Shown here: piece by piece, positions 26,954 through 39,644 of the stretch | Position numbering within the stretch: position 1 is the stretch's first letter | Layout of the letters: each line of letters starts with the position of its first letter | Assembly: GCF_036321535.1 (NCBI RefSeq) | Contig: NC_087437.1 | Coordinates: 71,612,001-71,676,000, forward strand | Reading direction: 5' to 3' | Source: Camelus dromedarius | Lineage: Eukaryota | Length of the DNA stretch: 64,000 bases | Notes under the pieces: generated by a model | Database searches by the model: none | What the model saw: only the letters and a program-made list of their open reading frames with translations | What the model was told of the DNA's origin: nothing | Translations under genes and position numbers: made by a program

Positions 26954-27268
26954 CAGTGCTGTCCAATAAAAATATAATATGAGCCACGTATGTGTTTTAA
27001 AATTTTCCAGTAGCTACATTAAGAAAGTAAAAAGAAACAGGCGAAGTTACTTGTATTAATACATTTTATTTAACCTAATATATCCAAAATATTAGCATTT
27101 AATCATATAATCACTAAAAACACTAATGACACATTTTATGTTATTTATTTCATACTGTCTTCAAAATCTGGTGTGTGTTCTACACAGTACATCTCATTCT
27201 GTGACTAGTCACATTTCAGTTGCTTGACAGTCACTTGTAGATATTGGCTACCACATTGGACAGCAAAC
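26954..27268. mobile_element. MER33/MER3-like hAT-Charlie element
   Basis: Terminal inverted repeats CAGTGCTGTCCAAT ... ATTGGACAGCA. Confidence 0.75.
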
Positions 27269-27426
27269 GCTTACAGAATTCATTATACAATTTAGCATAT
27301 GATGATCAGGTCAAGGCAGACAGAATATGGGTTCCCCATAAAATCAGACTCATAACTGGAGGAATGTCATCCCCTAAACACCCTTATGACATGTTCAGAG
27401 CTGCAGGGGAAAATGTGAGAGGTGAC

Positions 27427-27801
27427 TGCTACAGACTGAATCTTTGTGGTCCCCCCACCCCCCAGATTCTTATGCTGAAGCCCAATCCCCAGGGTGATAG
27501 TATTTGGAGGTAGGGACTTTGGAAGGTAATTAGATCATGAGGTTGGAGCCCTCATGATGAGATTGGTGCCCCTATAAGGAGAGGCAGGAGAGAGCTTACT
27601 TCTCTCTCAGCTCTCCTCCGGGCCATGTGAACACACAGTGGTAAGTGTTGTTTACAAGCCCGGAAGCCAGCTCTCACCAGACACAAATCTGCTGACACTT
27701 TGATCTCGGACTTTCCAGCCTCCAGAACTGTGAGAAGTAAATGATTGTTTTCTAAGGCACCCAGTGTATGGTACTCTTAACAGCCCAAACTGACGGAGAT
27801 T
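27427..27801 (+). mobile_element. MLT1A-like MaLR solo LTR
   Basis: Hallmark GGACTTTCCAGCCTCCAGAACTGTGAGAA; near-TSD GTGAC/GTAAC. Confidence 0.8.
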
Positions 27802-30800
27802 GTAACCAATCACCCAGATAATGCGCTAATGAGATGATTCTCTCATCACAAACACAGTCCAGTTCAGTAAGAAGATGTGGGAGGACAGTAGAGGAGGCTT
27901 CTCTGCCTTAGTTTATAAAGAATACGGGGAGAGCACCTACCAGACTGGGAGAACTGAGGCTGTCACATCTAAGTTTTTAATTCTTCTACGTAAGTAGTAA
28001 TGCATGAGGCTAGAAGTTACTGCTGGAATGACCTGACATATATTTCATTGTTCATGAGAACTGGATAGGCTTTTTGAATCTAGATCTGAGATGCTGTTAT
28101 AACTGGTTCTAGATATACAACTACTGGTTGACATTCATAAGGCCAAAGCTTGTTCCTTGGGCATAGAAAAGTATATGTCATTAAAATAAATGCCTCAGTT
28201 TACTAAGCAAAATAAAAGAAATATTTCCAGGTAAATATTTCAAATGCAAAAATCTGTGGCGAACAATGAGTTCTGTTACTGCAAGCCTCAGAGAAGACAT
28301 CTTGTTGGGGGATGGTTAGATTTTTATTTAAGGGCTTATCACCATCTAGCTCATATGAAACATCTGATTATTGTCACCACCTGTCTCTACAAGTTTATTC
28401 TCATTTCCCAATAAACCTGCTTTTGTGCCCTCTGTCCCAGTCAAACATATCCCTGGTGACTTTATCAACAAGGTGATTTCCTTCTAGTTTGGCCCTAGCC
28501 CTGCAGTTATGGAACATCCTGTTTGATATAATGAACCCTGCACCCCTTAAAAGGAGTCTCCAGACACTACCCCTTCAGGGTACTGAAATGAACCACGATC
28601 TTGCCTAACCTGCACCTTCCACCATTATTTTCATTATCCTTCTTTAAACCAGTCACTCCATTCTTTCAGTGATATATTTTTTTTAATGGCAACTTCATAT
28701 TTACATTATTCTCTGCCTAGAAGGCATGTGAGACTTTTCCTGGTGCCGAGCTTGGTTAATTAGCATGACACGCTTGGGTAACGCAGTGGCTGACAGGAAA
28801 GATTAGGAGCAAATTCTCCCACAGCAGTTTCCTCTCTTCCCTGAAACTAAACTTAGTATAGCCTTTCTCCCAGCTGAAGGAAAAATAACGGCAAACATAT
28901 TAATGGCTTGAAGAGGAAAGAAAAAAATGATTAAGACTAAAAAAAATTAGCCTTTTTTTTTCTAAGCCAAATTCTTTGTTGCACTGAAGAAAGGTAGATG
29001 AGAAATGACCCGTTCAGGGGAGGGAGCCCGGGCCAAGACTTTGTTCAGGTTGAAGGAAAAAGGTCATCGCCAAGCTTCTGCTCTTGGGGTCATAGATCTT
29101 TATTTAGCAGAGCCCTTTAGTGAGTTTGGGGTTGGTAATGGAGGCAAAACTGCTTGATGTGAGAGAGTAACAAAAATTTAGAGACTGAGAGGCTAGTATA
29201 TGGGGTGAGGGGTGGCCAAGAAGATGTGCTGCCATTTTGAAATTCCTCCTGGTGGGGGAATAGCTGGAAACTGTTAGGACAGTGTTGCTTAGGCTTCTGA
29301 TTAAATCTGTTACTGTCCTGTGCTGTTCTGCAATTCCCTTATGGTATTTCACACCTTCAGTAAAATTCTGCTGTATCCAACAGCATTGTGTTCATGGTAT
29401 TGGAAGGAGTGCTGGTATCCAACACAAGCAAAAGAGACCAAGAAGAGAGGAGGCCATCAAGAGAAACAGAGTAATGGTTTGGATGGCTAGCTCAGAAAAT
29501 GCTGTCTCTGGAGAAAGGACAGGAATACAGGGCTGGAGGGAGAGGAGGACAATATTCCAGAATAAGTGGACTGAGGGTTCCACTGTCTTACTTGCGTATT
29601 AAAGAGAGGTCTCCGAAAGCTGTAAGATTTGAGGACACCTGGTTCATATTATTGCATACTGGCATTAAAATAATTAAAAAACTCGAGTTATCTGCCAGTC
29701 CCATGGTTCCCAACTGTATTTCTCAGACTAGTAAAATTTTAGGGGCTGGTAGCTTTCTCCTGTATTATGCAAAGATATTTAAAAAATGAATTATCACCAC
29801 TGTTTCATAAAATAAAGAACATTTATACATACATACAGGCAAAATGGAAAGGGTATAATCTCAGAACAATTTTAAAAATTTGTTTTTATATGAAATGATC
29901 TCACGTTTAACCTACTAAAAAGTATATATTTTATTTAGTTCTAGCTTAAAGATTCCTTAAATCTTTCTTCCCCTATGTATTCATTTTTTTCAAAAACATC
30001 AGTAAACTTGTTATGTGCCAAGCACTGTGCTAGGTACTAAGGTACAGAGATGAACAGGACTCTGCCCCGTCCTCAGTATCTCCTGGTTTTCTAGGAAGGT
30101 CAATCAGGTGACCCCAACTGCAAACAGTGCAACCTGTGCTGTGGAAGAGGAGCTCACCCAATACTACCAGCGGAAAGGCTCAAGCAAAAGTTAAAAAGTG
30201 GTCACTCTATCTCCGAGTAGAAGTGCAAGAAACACTGAAGCCTGATGCCAGGTTTTAGTTTGCACACATCATTTGAGTTTCCTTACCAGTGGTTTAGGGA
30301 AAAAGTGACAGACACCCAGAGACCATGAGGTTTCATTTGTTCTGAGCCAGTCAGAAGGCTGGGAACACACCTCATGTACAATGGCAGCTGGTCCAATTCT
30401 GCACACTGGACTGGAAGAGGTGGGTTACAAGGAACCTGGGGAGTAAAAACTGCCCCTCCCACTTATCCTCAATGGAATGACTCCGCACACAGCCACTCTG
30501 CTCACTTCAGGACGTGCGCTGAAGGTCAGCAGGGGACAGGACTGGGTGAGGACCAAGCTTAGGATTTGGTGCCACACTGGAGATGGGGCACTTGCTCAGT
30601 ACACACACTCGGTAAATGTCTGGGAGTGGTGATGGGCACATTGGTCGCTCTGGCTCAATACTACCCAAGCGCCCAGGTTTCTGAGTTCTGCTCCTAAGTA
30701 AGAGTCACAGAGAGAAGCATATCTTGGTATCCTAATCATCTGGTTCTGGAATTTCCTGAGGGAGTAGGGAATACTGGCATAGAAAGAGATGCATATACAT

Positions 30801-31329
30801 TCATTCATATGTATACATATACATTTACATACATTTATTTGGGAAGAAGGTCTAGAGGCAAGTACACGGAGGAGTTTTCTCTGTGCCTCAGAGGACACCG
30901 TATTAGAAGGGAAAAGCTAACTATGCGTTTTCTTACCTTATACAATCAGTATATGTGTCAAAGGAATAGTTGCTAGAACAGTCATTTCCTCCCCTTATCT
31001 AACCTCAGTTTTTCATCATAAATGGGTCTAGAACTTTAAGACAACTATCCCTTCTGACATGAAATCAAAACCTGGATAGATCGGCTGATGGCTGCAGTCC
31101 CGATATCTTTGGCCGGGTCCTCTAGCTTCTCTGAAGCACATACGTGTGACAAGGGTACAGAAACGCAGGAAGTGACTCGCATGCACATAGGTTCTGCAGC
31201 TTGCGTCCATTCTCACACGTTCCCATTTTAGATTCTGAGCAGCTCTCCCTCCCCATGCTCTATGAAATAGAAGGGTCTGGCAGACTCATCCAAATGGGAT
31301 GAGCTTCCTTCCTCGCAGGGGATTAGGAA

Positions 31330-32140
31330 CAGAGGTGCGGTCCTTTCCCTCCGCAGCCCTAGAAATCGTGACCTTCCTAGAGAAAGGCCAGCAGGGGGCC
31401 AGGACCCGCAGACAGTGCGGGGAAACCAGCTCCTTTGCAAAGCCCAGAAACGCCAGCGACCAGGCCAGGGGAGGCGCGAGAGGAGGCGGAGTTGTCCCTG
31501 AGGCCGGTGGCAGAGGATGCAGCAGCTCGAGCAAGGCAGTGATTGCCTTGAAGGAGAAAGGGAACGAGGGTCCCCTGCCCCTGAGGTCTCCCGCGGTCGA
31601 TTCCCAGGGGACCTAGAGCAGCAACAGGATCTGACATCTGGCAAGTTCTTGGGAGTCGAGCGAGGGGAGCGAGTGCCTTACCTGGCCGGGCTGGCTGGTG
31701 TAGTTGAAGGAGTAGATGTTCTCGGTGCTGAGGCTCACCACCCCGCTGTAGATGCGATCGAAGTCGGCGCCCCTGGCGGGGTCGCGAGGGTCGCGGCGCT
31801 GCGCTAGGGGTTGTGCCGTGCGCCCCGGCGCGGCCGCCCGCAGGAGCCAGGGCAGCGCGCAGAGCAGCGCGAGCCGCGTGCAGCCCCGCATGGTGGGCGC
31901 CGCGCCCCGGCCGCGAAGCCGAGCCGTCCTGCGGAGAGGGCGAGCGCAGAGCCGGTCCTTCCGAAGCCCCTTCGGGCGCCGGCGCGGGCTTCAGCGTAGC
32001 GCGGGCGATGCCTGGCAAGCCCCGCCGACGAGTGCTGGCAACGCGCTGGTGAAAAGCTGATCAAATATTGATGCAGCCGCCTGGGGTCTCCTCGGGAGGT
32101 CACGGGGCGGAGGTAGGGGGTGCGCAGGATGTGGGGGCCG
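31330..32140 (-). promoter_or_regulatory. SIDT1: SIDT1 CpG island (promoter, 5' UTR and exon 1)
   Basis: Very GC- and CpG-rich; spans the SIDT1 ATG; poly(dA) tract just upstream at ~32256-32285. Confidence 0.85.
31682..31891 (-). CDS. SIDT1: SIDT1 coding exon 1 (signal peptide and start of ectodomain), 210 nt
   Basis: Kozak GCCCACCATG; MRGCTRLALLCALPWLL...GADFDRIYSGVVSLSTENIYSFNYTSQPGQ; donor CAG|GTAAGG at 31681. Confidence 0.96.
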
Positions 32141-35100
32141 AGGGCTGGTGCTTTGCTCTCTGGCTTTTAAGTCCGTTTCCTTCCCCCTTTCTCATTTCTG
32201 AGAATCCCCCACTTACCCAACCAGAATTTAAACCGAGCTCTTCCTCCTCAATCTCAAAAAGAAAGAAAAAAAAAAAAAAAAAAAAGGAAAAAATAGCATT
32301 GAAGACATTAAAAAGAAATATCCACTAGTCTTGAAGCGTTAACCTGACCGGCCATTGAGCAGAAAATTCATTCCGTTTCAAATAAATGTGCACCTGGCTG
32401 CAAGCAAAGAAATAGAAAGCAACACAGCCTGTCCCCAAAGAGGGTGCACGAGTTCACATTTCCAGTCAGCTACCTGTAGAGAACTGCCTGTCTGAATGAT
32501 GGGTATTAACTCTCAGTTCTCCCTTCTCTTACAGAACCCCTCTCCAAACACCTGTTTTATTTCCTTATCACCACCTATTCTCAAGGAGCCTCACGTCATT
32601 GCTTTCTCTGTCCACTTGCCATACGTATACATATGTAAATATTACAGTCATGTAAAACTAAATAGACATAGTAATGAAAACAGTTCGAATGCCACCTTAA
32701 GTCTGGTCCCGGAAGTTGTCAAAGACGACTCAGAGCAACTGGATTTGTGCAGAGGGCATTTCTTTCTGCCCCAGCTTCTTGTCCTCTTGACTTCTGCAAT
32801 GACTTCTTAGATTTGGCAGAATCCCCGGGATTCTATATTGTCTTTCAAAAGAGAGGAACCCAAAATCAAAAAGAAGTACCTCCAGGCAAAAATTAGGGGG
32901 TTCAATGTAAACAGTTAAAAGGGGCAGGTAAAGGATAGATTGAGAAGAGGATTCCTCGGAAGTCCTTGCAAAACAAAATCAAACAATCACAATTCAGATG
33001 TAGAAGGGGACTCACTGTTGTATTTCAGCTTCAAGTTATTTGTAAACTAGAAAAGAATATAACTGCGTTTAACCTGAGGGAGCATTAAAAAAGAAGCCAC
33101 AAAGAAGAAAAAGATCACGTTCAAAGAGTTACGATTACAGATTAAAATCATAGCATTTACCATTCAAAGGAAGGGATTTCTCTCTCTCTTTTTGAAACCT
33201 CATTGAATTCTTACAATTTATTAAAACACCCAAAAGTAAGAGCAATGCATTTGGTATAAAGTTTTATAACTGTGCCATCAGAAAATGATGCAGATGGAAG
33301 ATTGAATCAGATGACTTCCTATTAGGACTTTTATTAAGACTTAACTTTTTTCCCCCACTTTTTAAACAATGTTTTTGGAAAATATATGGGCATAAGGACA
33401 AAATTAATAATTCAAGGAAGAGTCTAGGGGTAAAGTTTAAAATAGAGCTGTTTTTGAGAAACATAATAATTTCATCCAGAATTTAAATGATGTTAAATGG
33501 CTGGATTTAAAATGTCTATGCCTCTTTTTATGATTTAAAAACATTTAATAAACTTGAAATTTGTGATGTCCCTTGAGATTAGCTGACCTGGCCAGTTCAA
33601 GCACTCTCTAGAGGTATGGAATCACGGAGTTCTACTCAAGACACTAAGAGAGATAAGAACTGGCCCTTTCACAAGGCAGCCCCTTCTTTTGGGTGCAGGT
33701 GTCTCATTATTAGAAAGATATTTCATAATTTCAATTGAAATCTGCCTCTCTTCCACTCACTGCTGTGAATTCTGCCCTCTGGAGCCATAGGAATAAACCT
33801 AATCCTTCTTCCACATGACAGCCTTGTAGGTATTTGAAGGGAGCTATAACCCTTCAAGGCTTTATCCTAACTTTAAATAATGAATTTAGAAGCAATTGGA
33901 ACAGACATTTTATCAGCACATAGAGCCCAAGATATTTATTTTAAAGCCATTATAGGTGATAGCTATACCAGACAATTTGAGTGTTAGATTACAAATCAGC
34001 CTATATGATGACTGACTCCTCTACTTCTAGCCCAAATCCTATGAGTGACCTTAGGTAATTAACCTCCCAGATCACAAGATTTCTGTAAGGATAAAAGAGG
34101 GGAAGAATGTATTTGAAGTTGTATTAGAAAGTATAAAATGCTGTATGTCCAAATATTGTTATTATATATATACCTATATAGTTCAATAGCTCACATGTAA
34201 AACATGGTCTACCATTCAGGCCTTAAAAGTATCAATGACAAGCTTGCACTGTGAGAGACTGAACATACAAGCAGACAATGGCCAGACCATATATGACAAT
34301 AGCCCCTGGACCCACAAACTTTGCAGCAACCAGTTCGAGAAGTTAGACCACAAATGCAGCAAATAACCCAGAAAAGTCAGGACTTGGTCAATGACTGCCT
34401 ACTTCCCCAATTTTTGCCCCTGCTTCCAATGCAGGATCAATCAGAGGGCTCAAAACTCAATAAACTCTAGAGTGAAAAAAAAAAGCCATAAAAGTAGGTC
34501 AAAATCTCCTAAAAGCCACACCTGAAACATTTCCAATAAGAGTTGATTGCATAATTCAATCATGCAACAAGCAAAAAGATGAAACTATAGGAGATTTTGG
34601 GATAAACTAGAAAATATTTTCCAACAACACTAATCTTTCTACACTAAGGTCTGCCATCTTTGCTCAACTTCTTCGTTGGTGTAGACATAGCACACAAGTG
34701 GTAGGTATTCAAAATAACTCACAGGTTTTTCCTAATCTTCCGGCCCTTAAGTACAACCCTTGGGTCTTTGACTGCCTTTCCTGGTGTGTGTCTCTACACC
34801 AGGACAGTCAATACCTTTTTGCCTTCAACTGATGGGATAACACTCTACATGGACAGCTAGGCCCTAAGAGTTCACTGAAGCCCCCTCCTTTCTTTTTAAG
34901 GCCTTAATCAAGAAGTAAAAGATCCAAATTTCCCTTGTGATTCAGTTCTGATATAATATGTAGATGATATCTGATTTTATTCAGATAAAAAAAGATTCCA
35001 CTTCCTTGCTCTCAGCCTTAGCAGAACAGGGGCATAAACTTTCAAAAAAAGGTAGATTGCAATTTTGCCAAAACACAGTCCGTTATTTAGGGCATGACCT

Positions 35101-35479
35101 ATTTAAGGAGGGAAAAACATTCTCTCATGACAGGATGAAGACTATCCAAATTTGTCCTAGACTTCTCACAACATTTCACTTAAGTTGACACCTAGGTCTA
35201 CCTGGATATTTCACACTGTGGGTGCCAATTTTTCTGAGATTGTGACATCACTTTATGAAATGGCTAAGTCTTCATTAAGAGCCACTCTGTTCTGGGAGCC
35301 CAAGTATCAAACAAGCCTTCTATAATCTGAAGAAAGCTCTTCAACAGCCCGCCTCCCTAGATATCCCTAACAACAATAACAACAACAAACCCTTTTGTCA
35401 ATTTATACATGAGTGTTCTAGACACACCTTGGTTTTAAACAGACTTCATGAGAACCATCAAAAACTCATCACTTTTTAA

Positions 35480-35625
35480 AGTGTGAACTTTATTACCAGT
35501 ATAGTTTTGCAAGATGTTGCCTTTGGGAGACAGGGAGTCAAGGGCACATGGGATTTCTCTGTATTATTTCCTACTACTGCATGAGACCTATAATTATCTC
35601 AGAATAAAAAATTTAAGTTAAAAAG
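35480..35625 (+). mobile_element. Short old L1M (L1MC/MD-type) 3' end inserted in ERV pol
   Basis: GCAAGATGTTGCC..GGGATTTCTCTGTATTATTTC..AATAAAAA then A-rich tail; pol-like sequence resumes afterwards. Confidence 0.65.
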
Positions 35626-37481
35626 AAACCACTTAATGTAGCCTCACCCTCACTCCAGTTGCAGGGTTGATTGATACCCCTTGTCCTGGGGTAACGCTAC
35701 CACTGCAAAACTTGTTGACGCTTCTCCTGAATTAGTTCTAGGCTCCCTGCTTGACCTTATGGTTCCACATGGAGTAAAGACTTCACTGTGGACACACAAC
35801 ACTTTTAAGTCAGTCAGTTAACCTCTTAGGAACTTGTGTTGCCCTCTCGCTCTTACATTACTATCAACTGCTACAACACCCTGAATTCTGCCACTCCCCT
35901 GCCCTTACAAGAAGAAGGGGTACTTCACAATCATCTTAGGGAGCTTTCTGTACCTCGCTCCGCTTTATTAGAGACTCCCCTTGAGAATCCTGACTTGATA
36001 TTTGTTGATGAGTCATACTTCAAAATTGAAGCTGGAGATGCTCACGCTATCACTAATGCTATCACTGATCTGAACTCTCTGTTACAGGATAGCCCTCTCC
36101 CTGAGGGGCAGTTAGTCCAGATGGCAGAATTTATAACACTTATTAGAGCTTGTCAACTAGCTGAAGACCAGAGAGTAAACATATATGCAGATAGTAGATG
36201 AGCTTCTGGAGTAGGACATAATGCTTTAGAAACAAAAAGGTTTTCTCACTTCTGCTGGAATCCCCATCAAAAGTGTACGAGTTAAGGAAGTTTTAGATGC
36301 ACTTCTGCTTCCCAGTGAGATGGTTATTATAAAGATGGAGGCCTGTGGTAACAGAGATAGAAGATGCTCTAGTAGATCATTTTGCCAAACTAGCATCCTT
36401 AACCAAGGTTATAATACTAGCCAAACCCCTAAAATAAGAATCTCTGGACTGAGTCAAAGAAGCCATTGTCAAATATCCACCTCAAAATTTCATGATTTGG
36501 AAAAGGAAGAATGGAAGAAATGTGGTGTTTCCTTCACTCAGATAATCCTTGGGACCCTCGAGATAGCCATTTGGTGGCACTAGATGACTTCAAGTTGATG
36601 TTACCTGCATTTTTCCATGGAACTACTCATCATGGTAAAGACAAATTGATTACTGTCTTAAATCAACATTGGGAAAACTTTAAAAAGACAGCTGAGATTA
36701 TTTTGGGGACATGCTTTACTTGTGAACAACATAATCCTAGAAAAACTGTACAGATGAGGCCCAGCGAGGAACCAAAGCCTCCAGGACCATTGAGCACCTT
36801 CAGGTGGATTTTATCCAGCTCCCACTCTCCATGGGGTTTATTTTTAGGATAAGTTACAGCATTTCCTTGCTGAAAATCTTTGCTGAGAATTCTTTTCAGC
36901 CTCTAAAAAGTTGCTTGATTTTGTGTTTCCAACCTGGGGTATGTCAACTTTTATATCAAGTGATCAAGGCACATGGTTTACGTGAACCTCTATAAAAGAA
37001 CTTTGTAAGGCATTAGTCTTTCTCAAACACTAGACTGTCCTTACCACCCACAAACTTCTGGAAAGATCAAATGAACCAGTGGAATTTTAAAATTAAAATT
37101 AGCAAAACTTTTGGAAATCCTTGAGCTCTCCTGGCTAAAGATACTCTCACTAGTTCTTTTGGTCATATGATCCATTTTCTCAGGGACCCATCGGTTATAT
37201 CCTTATGAATCGTTGACAGGAAGGCCCATACTTCTAGAAATTTCACCCCTGATATTAGACTCTTTGCTGCTGCATGCAGATATAGCAAAATATCGCAAGG
37301 GAGTACTTGCAATATTGTACCCAGTCCTCTAATGAACAAGTTAAGGCCAGCTTCCCACGACACTTCTTAAATTGAGTTTTCATGATCATCATCTAGGAAA
37401 CTTCATCTAATGGAAGAGACATTGAATAAAAAACCCTCTTGAACTGCACTGGAAGGGACCTTCTTATGTACTGTTAACAAC

Positions 37482-37840
37482 TGTTGTAATACCTTTCTAG
37501 GCCCAAGTTGGAGTCACTTCTGTCTAGGGTGCCACAATCATGAACCAAAGCTTGGATAACTTTGTGTCCCTGCAAATGCTCTACTTGACCAGAAATATCT
37601 TAGTCATTCAATCAATCCTCAAATGCAAGCCAACTCTCGGCCTTCTTATCCAAACATGGTTGACTATGTTGCCCCAGCCAATCAGATATTTTCTATTTTT
37701 CTCTTTTTTGTTCTTTATTCTTTATCCTATAAAAGCTTCCTTCCTTCTACTTCACTTTGCAGTTCTCCAAAAGGAGACTACTTCATGAAATGTTAAATAA
37801 AGCTTGTCACCTGAATTGTCTTCTTTAATCATTTTTAACA
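37482..37840 (+). mobile_element. Solo LTR (359 bp) nested in ERV integrase
   Basis: TGTT...AACA termini, 4-bp TSD CAAC (37478-37481, 37841-37844), internal CCAAT, TATAAAA and AATAAA. Confidence 0.88.
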
Positions 37841-39372
37841 CAACAAATTTATTAGTGAAACTTCAGCAAGTCAACTTTTGACTTAACACAGCTAAAGAAA
37901 CAACTGAGTTTCATATAACTGGACAGCTACTCCAATAGGGGACTTCAAGCTGAGGATTGTCACAGATTCTCTAGAAGTAGCTGATCTTTGGAAACAGTTG
38001 ACCCAAGACCTTTGGAACAAGGACACAGGCTTAGAAAATGGACAGCTTCCAACTAAGACATTGCACCAGGACCCCTATCTAATTCCTATTTTATTTTTGA
38101 CCTGCTTACAGTCATTCCCCTTTTCATTTGCTATATAGATCACTGATGTTTTCTATCCATAATGGTCCCTTCTCTCCTTTCCCCCGCTGTTTCTTATAAT
38201 TGTTCGATCAGAACATACTCATTGTAACACTATTCTTAGATTGTTCCAGATAGTACCCTCTGCCCTCAGTCTTACTATTTGATATTCTATCTATCATTGA
38301 ATCCCCACGATGAAAACCTATAGTCTATCCTAGTCTCATCAAATGAGATCATAGAGAATTATAGCCATGGGCATTCCACTTGCACCTCCATGGACAAATT
38401 ACCTTAAACGCATTAACTCATGACTTTGCTAATTTCCCTTCTCCCAGAAAAAGAATCAGTTATTACAATCTATTGATCAGACCCCCTGGTAATTCTAAAT
38501 TTGAATTCAACAACCTTTGTAGGGTGGCGGGCCAAATACTTGCCATCTTGAAGAGACTAAGAGAGATCCAACCATATTAAGTTCTTGGTTCAGACTTCAT
38601 ATTATGATAAAATCTTTTTGCTTGATCTCCAAGGGCCCCTAAAGGCTACTACTTCTTTTGCAGCCAGAACACGTAGTCTTGTTTGCCTCAGACTAAGACT
38701 TTATGCATATTAGTAATACTATCCAAAGACTTGTTTATACATTGATACTCTAGTTCTATAAACCACCAAGGATGGAAATTCTGAAGACCACCCTTGATTG
38801 TTTAGGTACTCTACGTGGAGGAGTTGCTGACTCATTGTTTATCCTAACAATCAAAGCAGTTTTCTCAATGGTGAGAATTATACAAATAGAAAAGACTGTA
38901 AGACAAATTTATCATTAACTCTGGCAGAAGTTATGAATGATACCACATAAGATCTAGAAGGAATACCAGTCTCAACTCATTGGCATGAGCAGTGGTAGAC
39001 AATTGCATCGCTCTTGGTTTCTTGTTTGCTAGTTATGGTGGGGTCTGGGACTGAATATTCAAACAGACAATGGCAGATGATATATAACAACAGAACTTGA
39101 CCCACAATCTCTGTAGTAATCAGTCCAGGAAGCCAAACCGTGACCTCTGCAACAATCAGCCCAGAATAGTCATGATTCGGTTATGATGGCCAGCTTCCCT
39201 ATATTTTGCTCCCCACAACCAACAAGAGATCCATAAGATTTATATCCCAGTTAAGGTATTTTTACATCTCAAAAATCAAAATTTACGAAAAGTATGATTC
39301 TTTTCATAGTAATACTCAAGACAAATCTTCCCCATATTAAAAACAATCAATGTCATGAAAAATATAAGCAGT

Positions 39373-39621
39373 TGTGGAAACAAAGACTATCGACTTGAGA
39401 ATAAACAGAGGCTACTTATTCAGAGCATGATACAGGAAGGATCATCCTCCATCACTTGCATTTGGCAGAGACTCAAAGAAAAGAGGGGAGTAGAAAAGCT
39501 TTATAGTGAAGGGAAGACTTCAGAAATACTCGGATTAGAATTTGGAATGGGGAAATTGGAGGTGGGCTAAGCAGAAATGGGGGGTCTTATGGCTTGGGGA
39601 GCTTATCTGGCTCATATCTGG
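39373..39621 (-). mobile_element. 3' half of an ERV1 LTR in inverted orientation
   Basis: Minus-strand CTATAAAG, AATAAG and terminal ..TTTCCACA; continues the LTR family seen at 34250 and 39047 (partly from recall). Confidence 0.6.
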
Positions 39622-39644
39622 ACCACCCAGAGAAAGCTAAATAA

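Larger units (their letters stand above)
34250..39215 (+). mobile_element. Decayed class I (gamma-like, ERV1) endogenous retrovirus with partial LTRs and gag, pol, env remnants
   Basis: Homologous LTR segments 34250-34448 and ~39047-39215; gag MHR-like at ~34550-34630; RT TWTARP*EFTEAP and LI*YVDD (YVDD 34957-34968); RNase H (LIFVDESY..VNIYADSR); integrase HHCC zinc finger, DFIQLP and WKGP motifs; env ISD SLNSLA*AVVDNCIALGFLFASYGGV; many stops and frameshifts. Confidence 0.9.

Noticed and set aside
29104..29789. Cluster of 60-106 aa ORFs, one hydrophobic
   Set aside because: Overlapping on both strands, no recognisable family or consistent splice sites
31228..32328. Many overlapping long ORFs (up to 213 aa) around SIDT1 exon 1
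   Set aside because: Artefact of stop-poor GC-rich CpG island; mostly non-ATG starts and low-complexity A/R/P/G peptides
34964..36995. Retroviral pol ORF fragments as a functional or domesticated gene
   Set aside because: In-frame stops beside RT motifs, frameshifts and nested insertions
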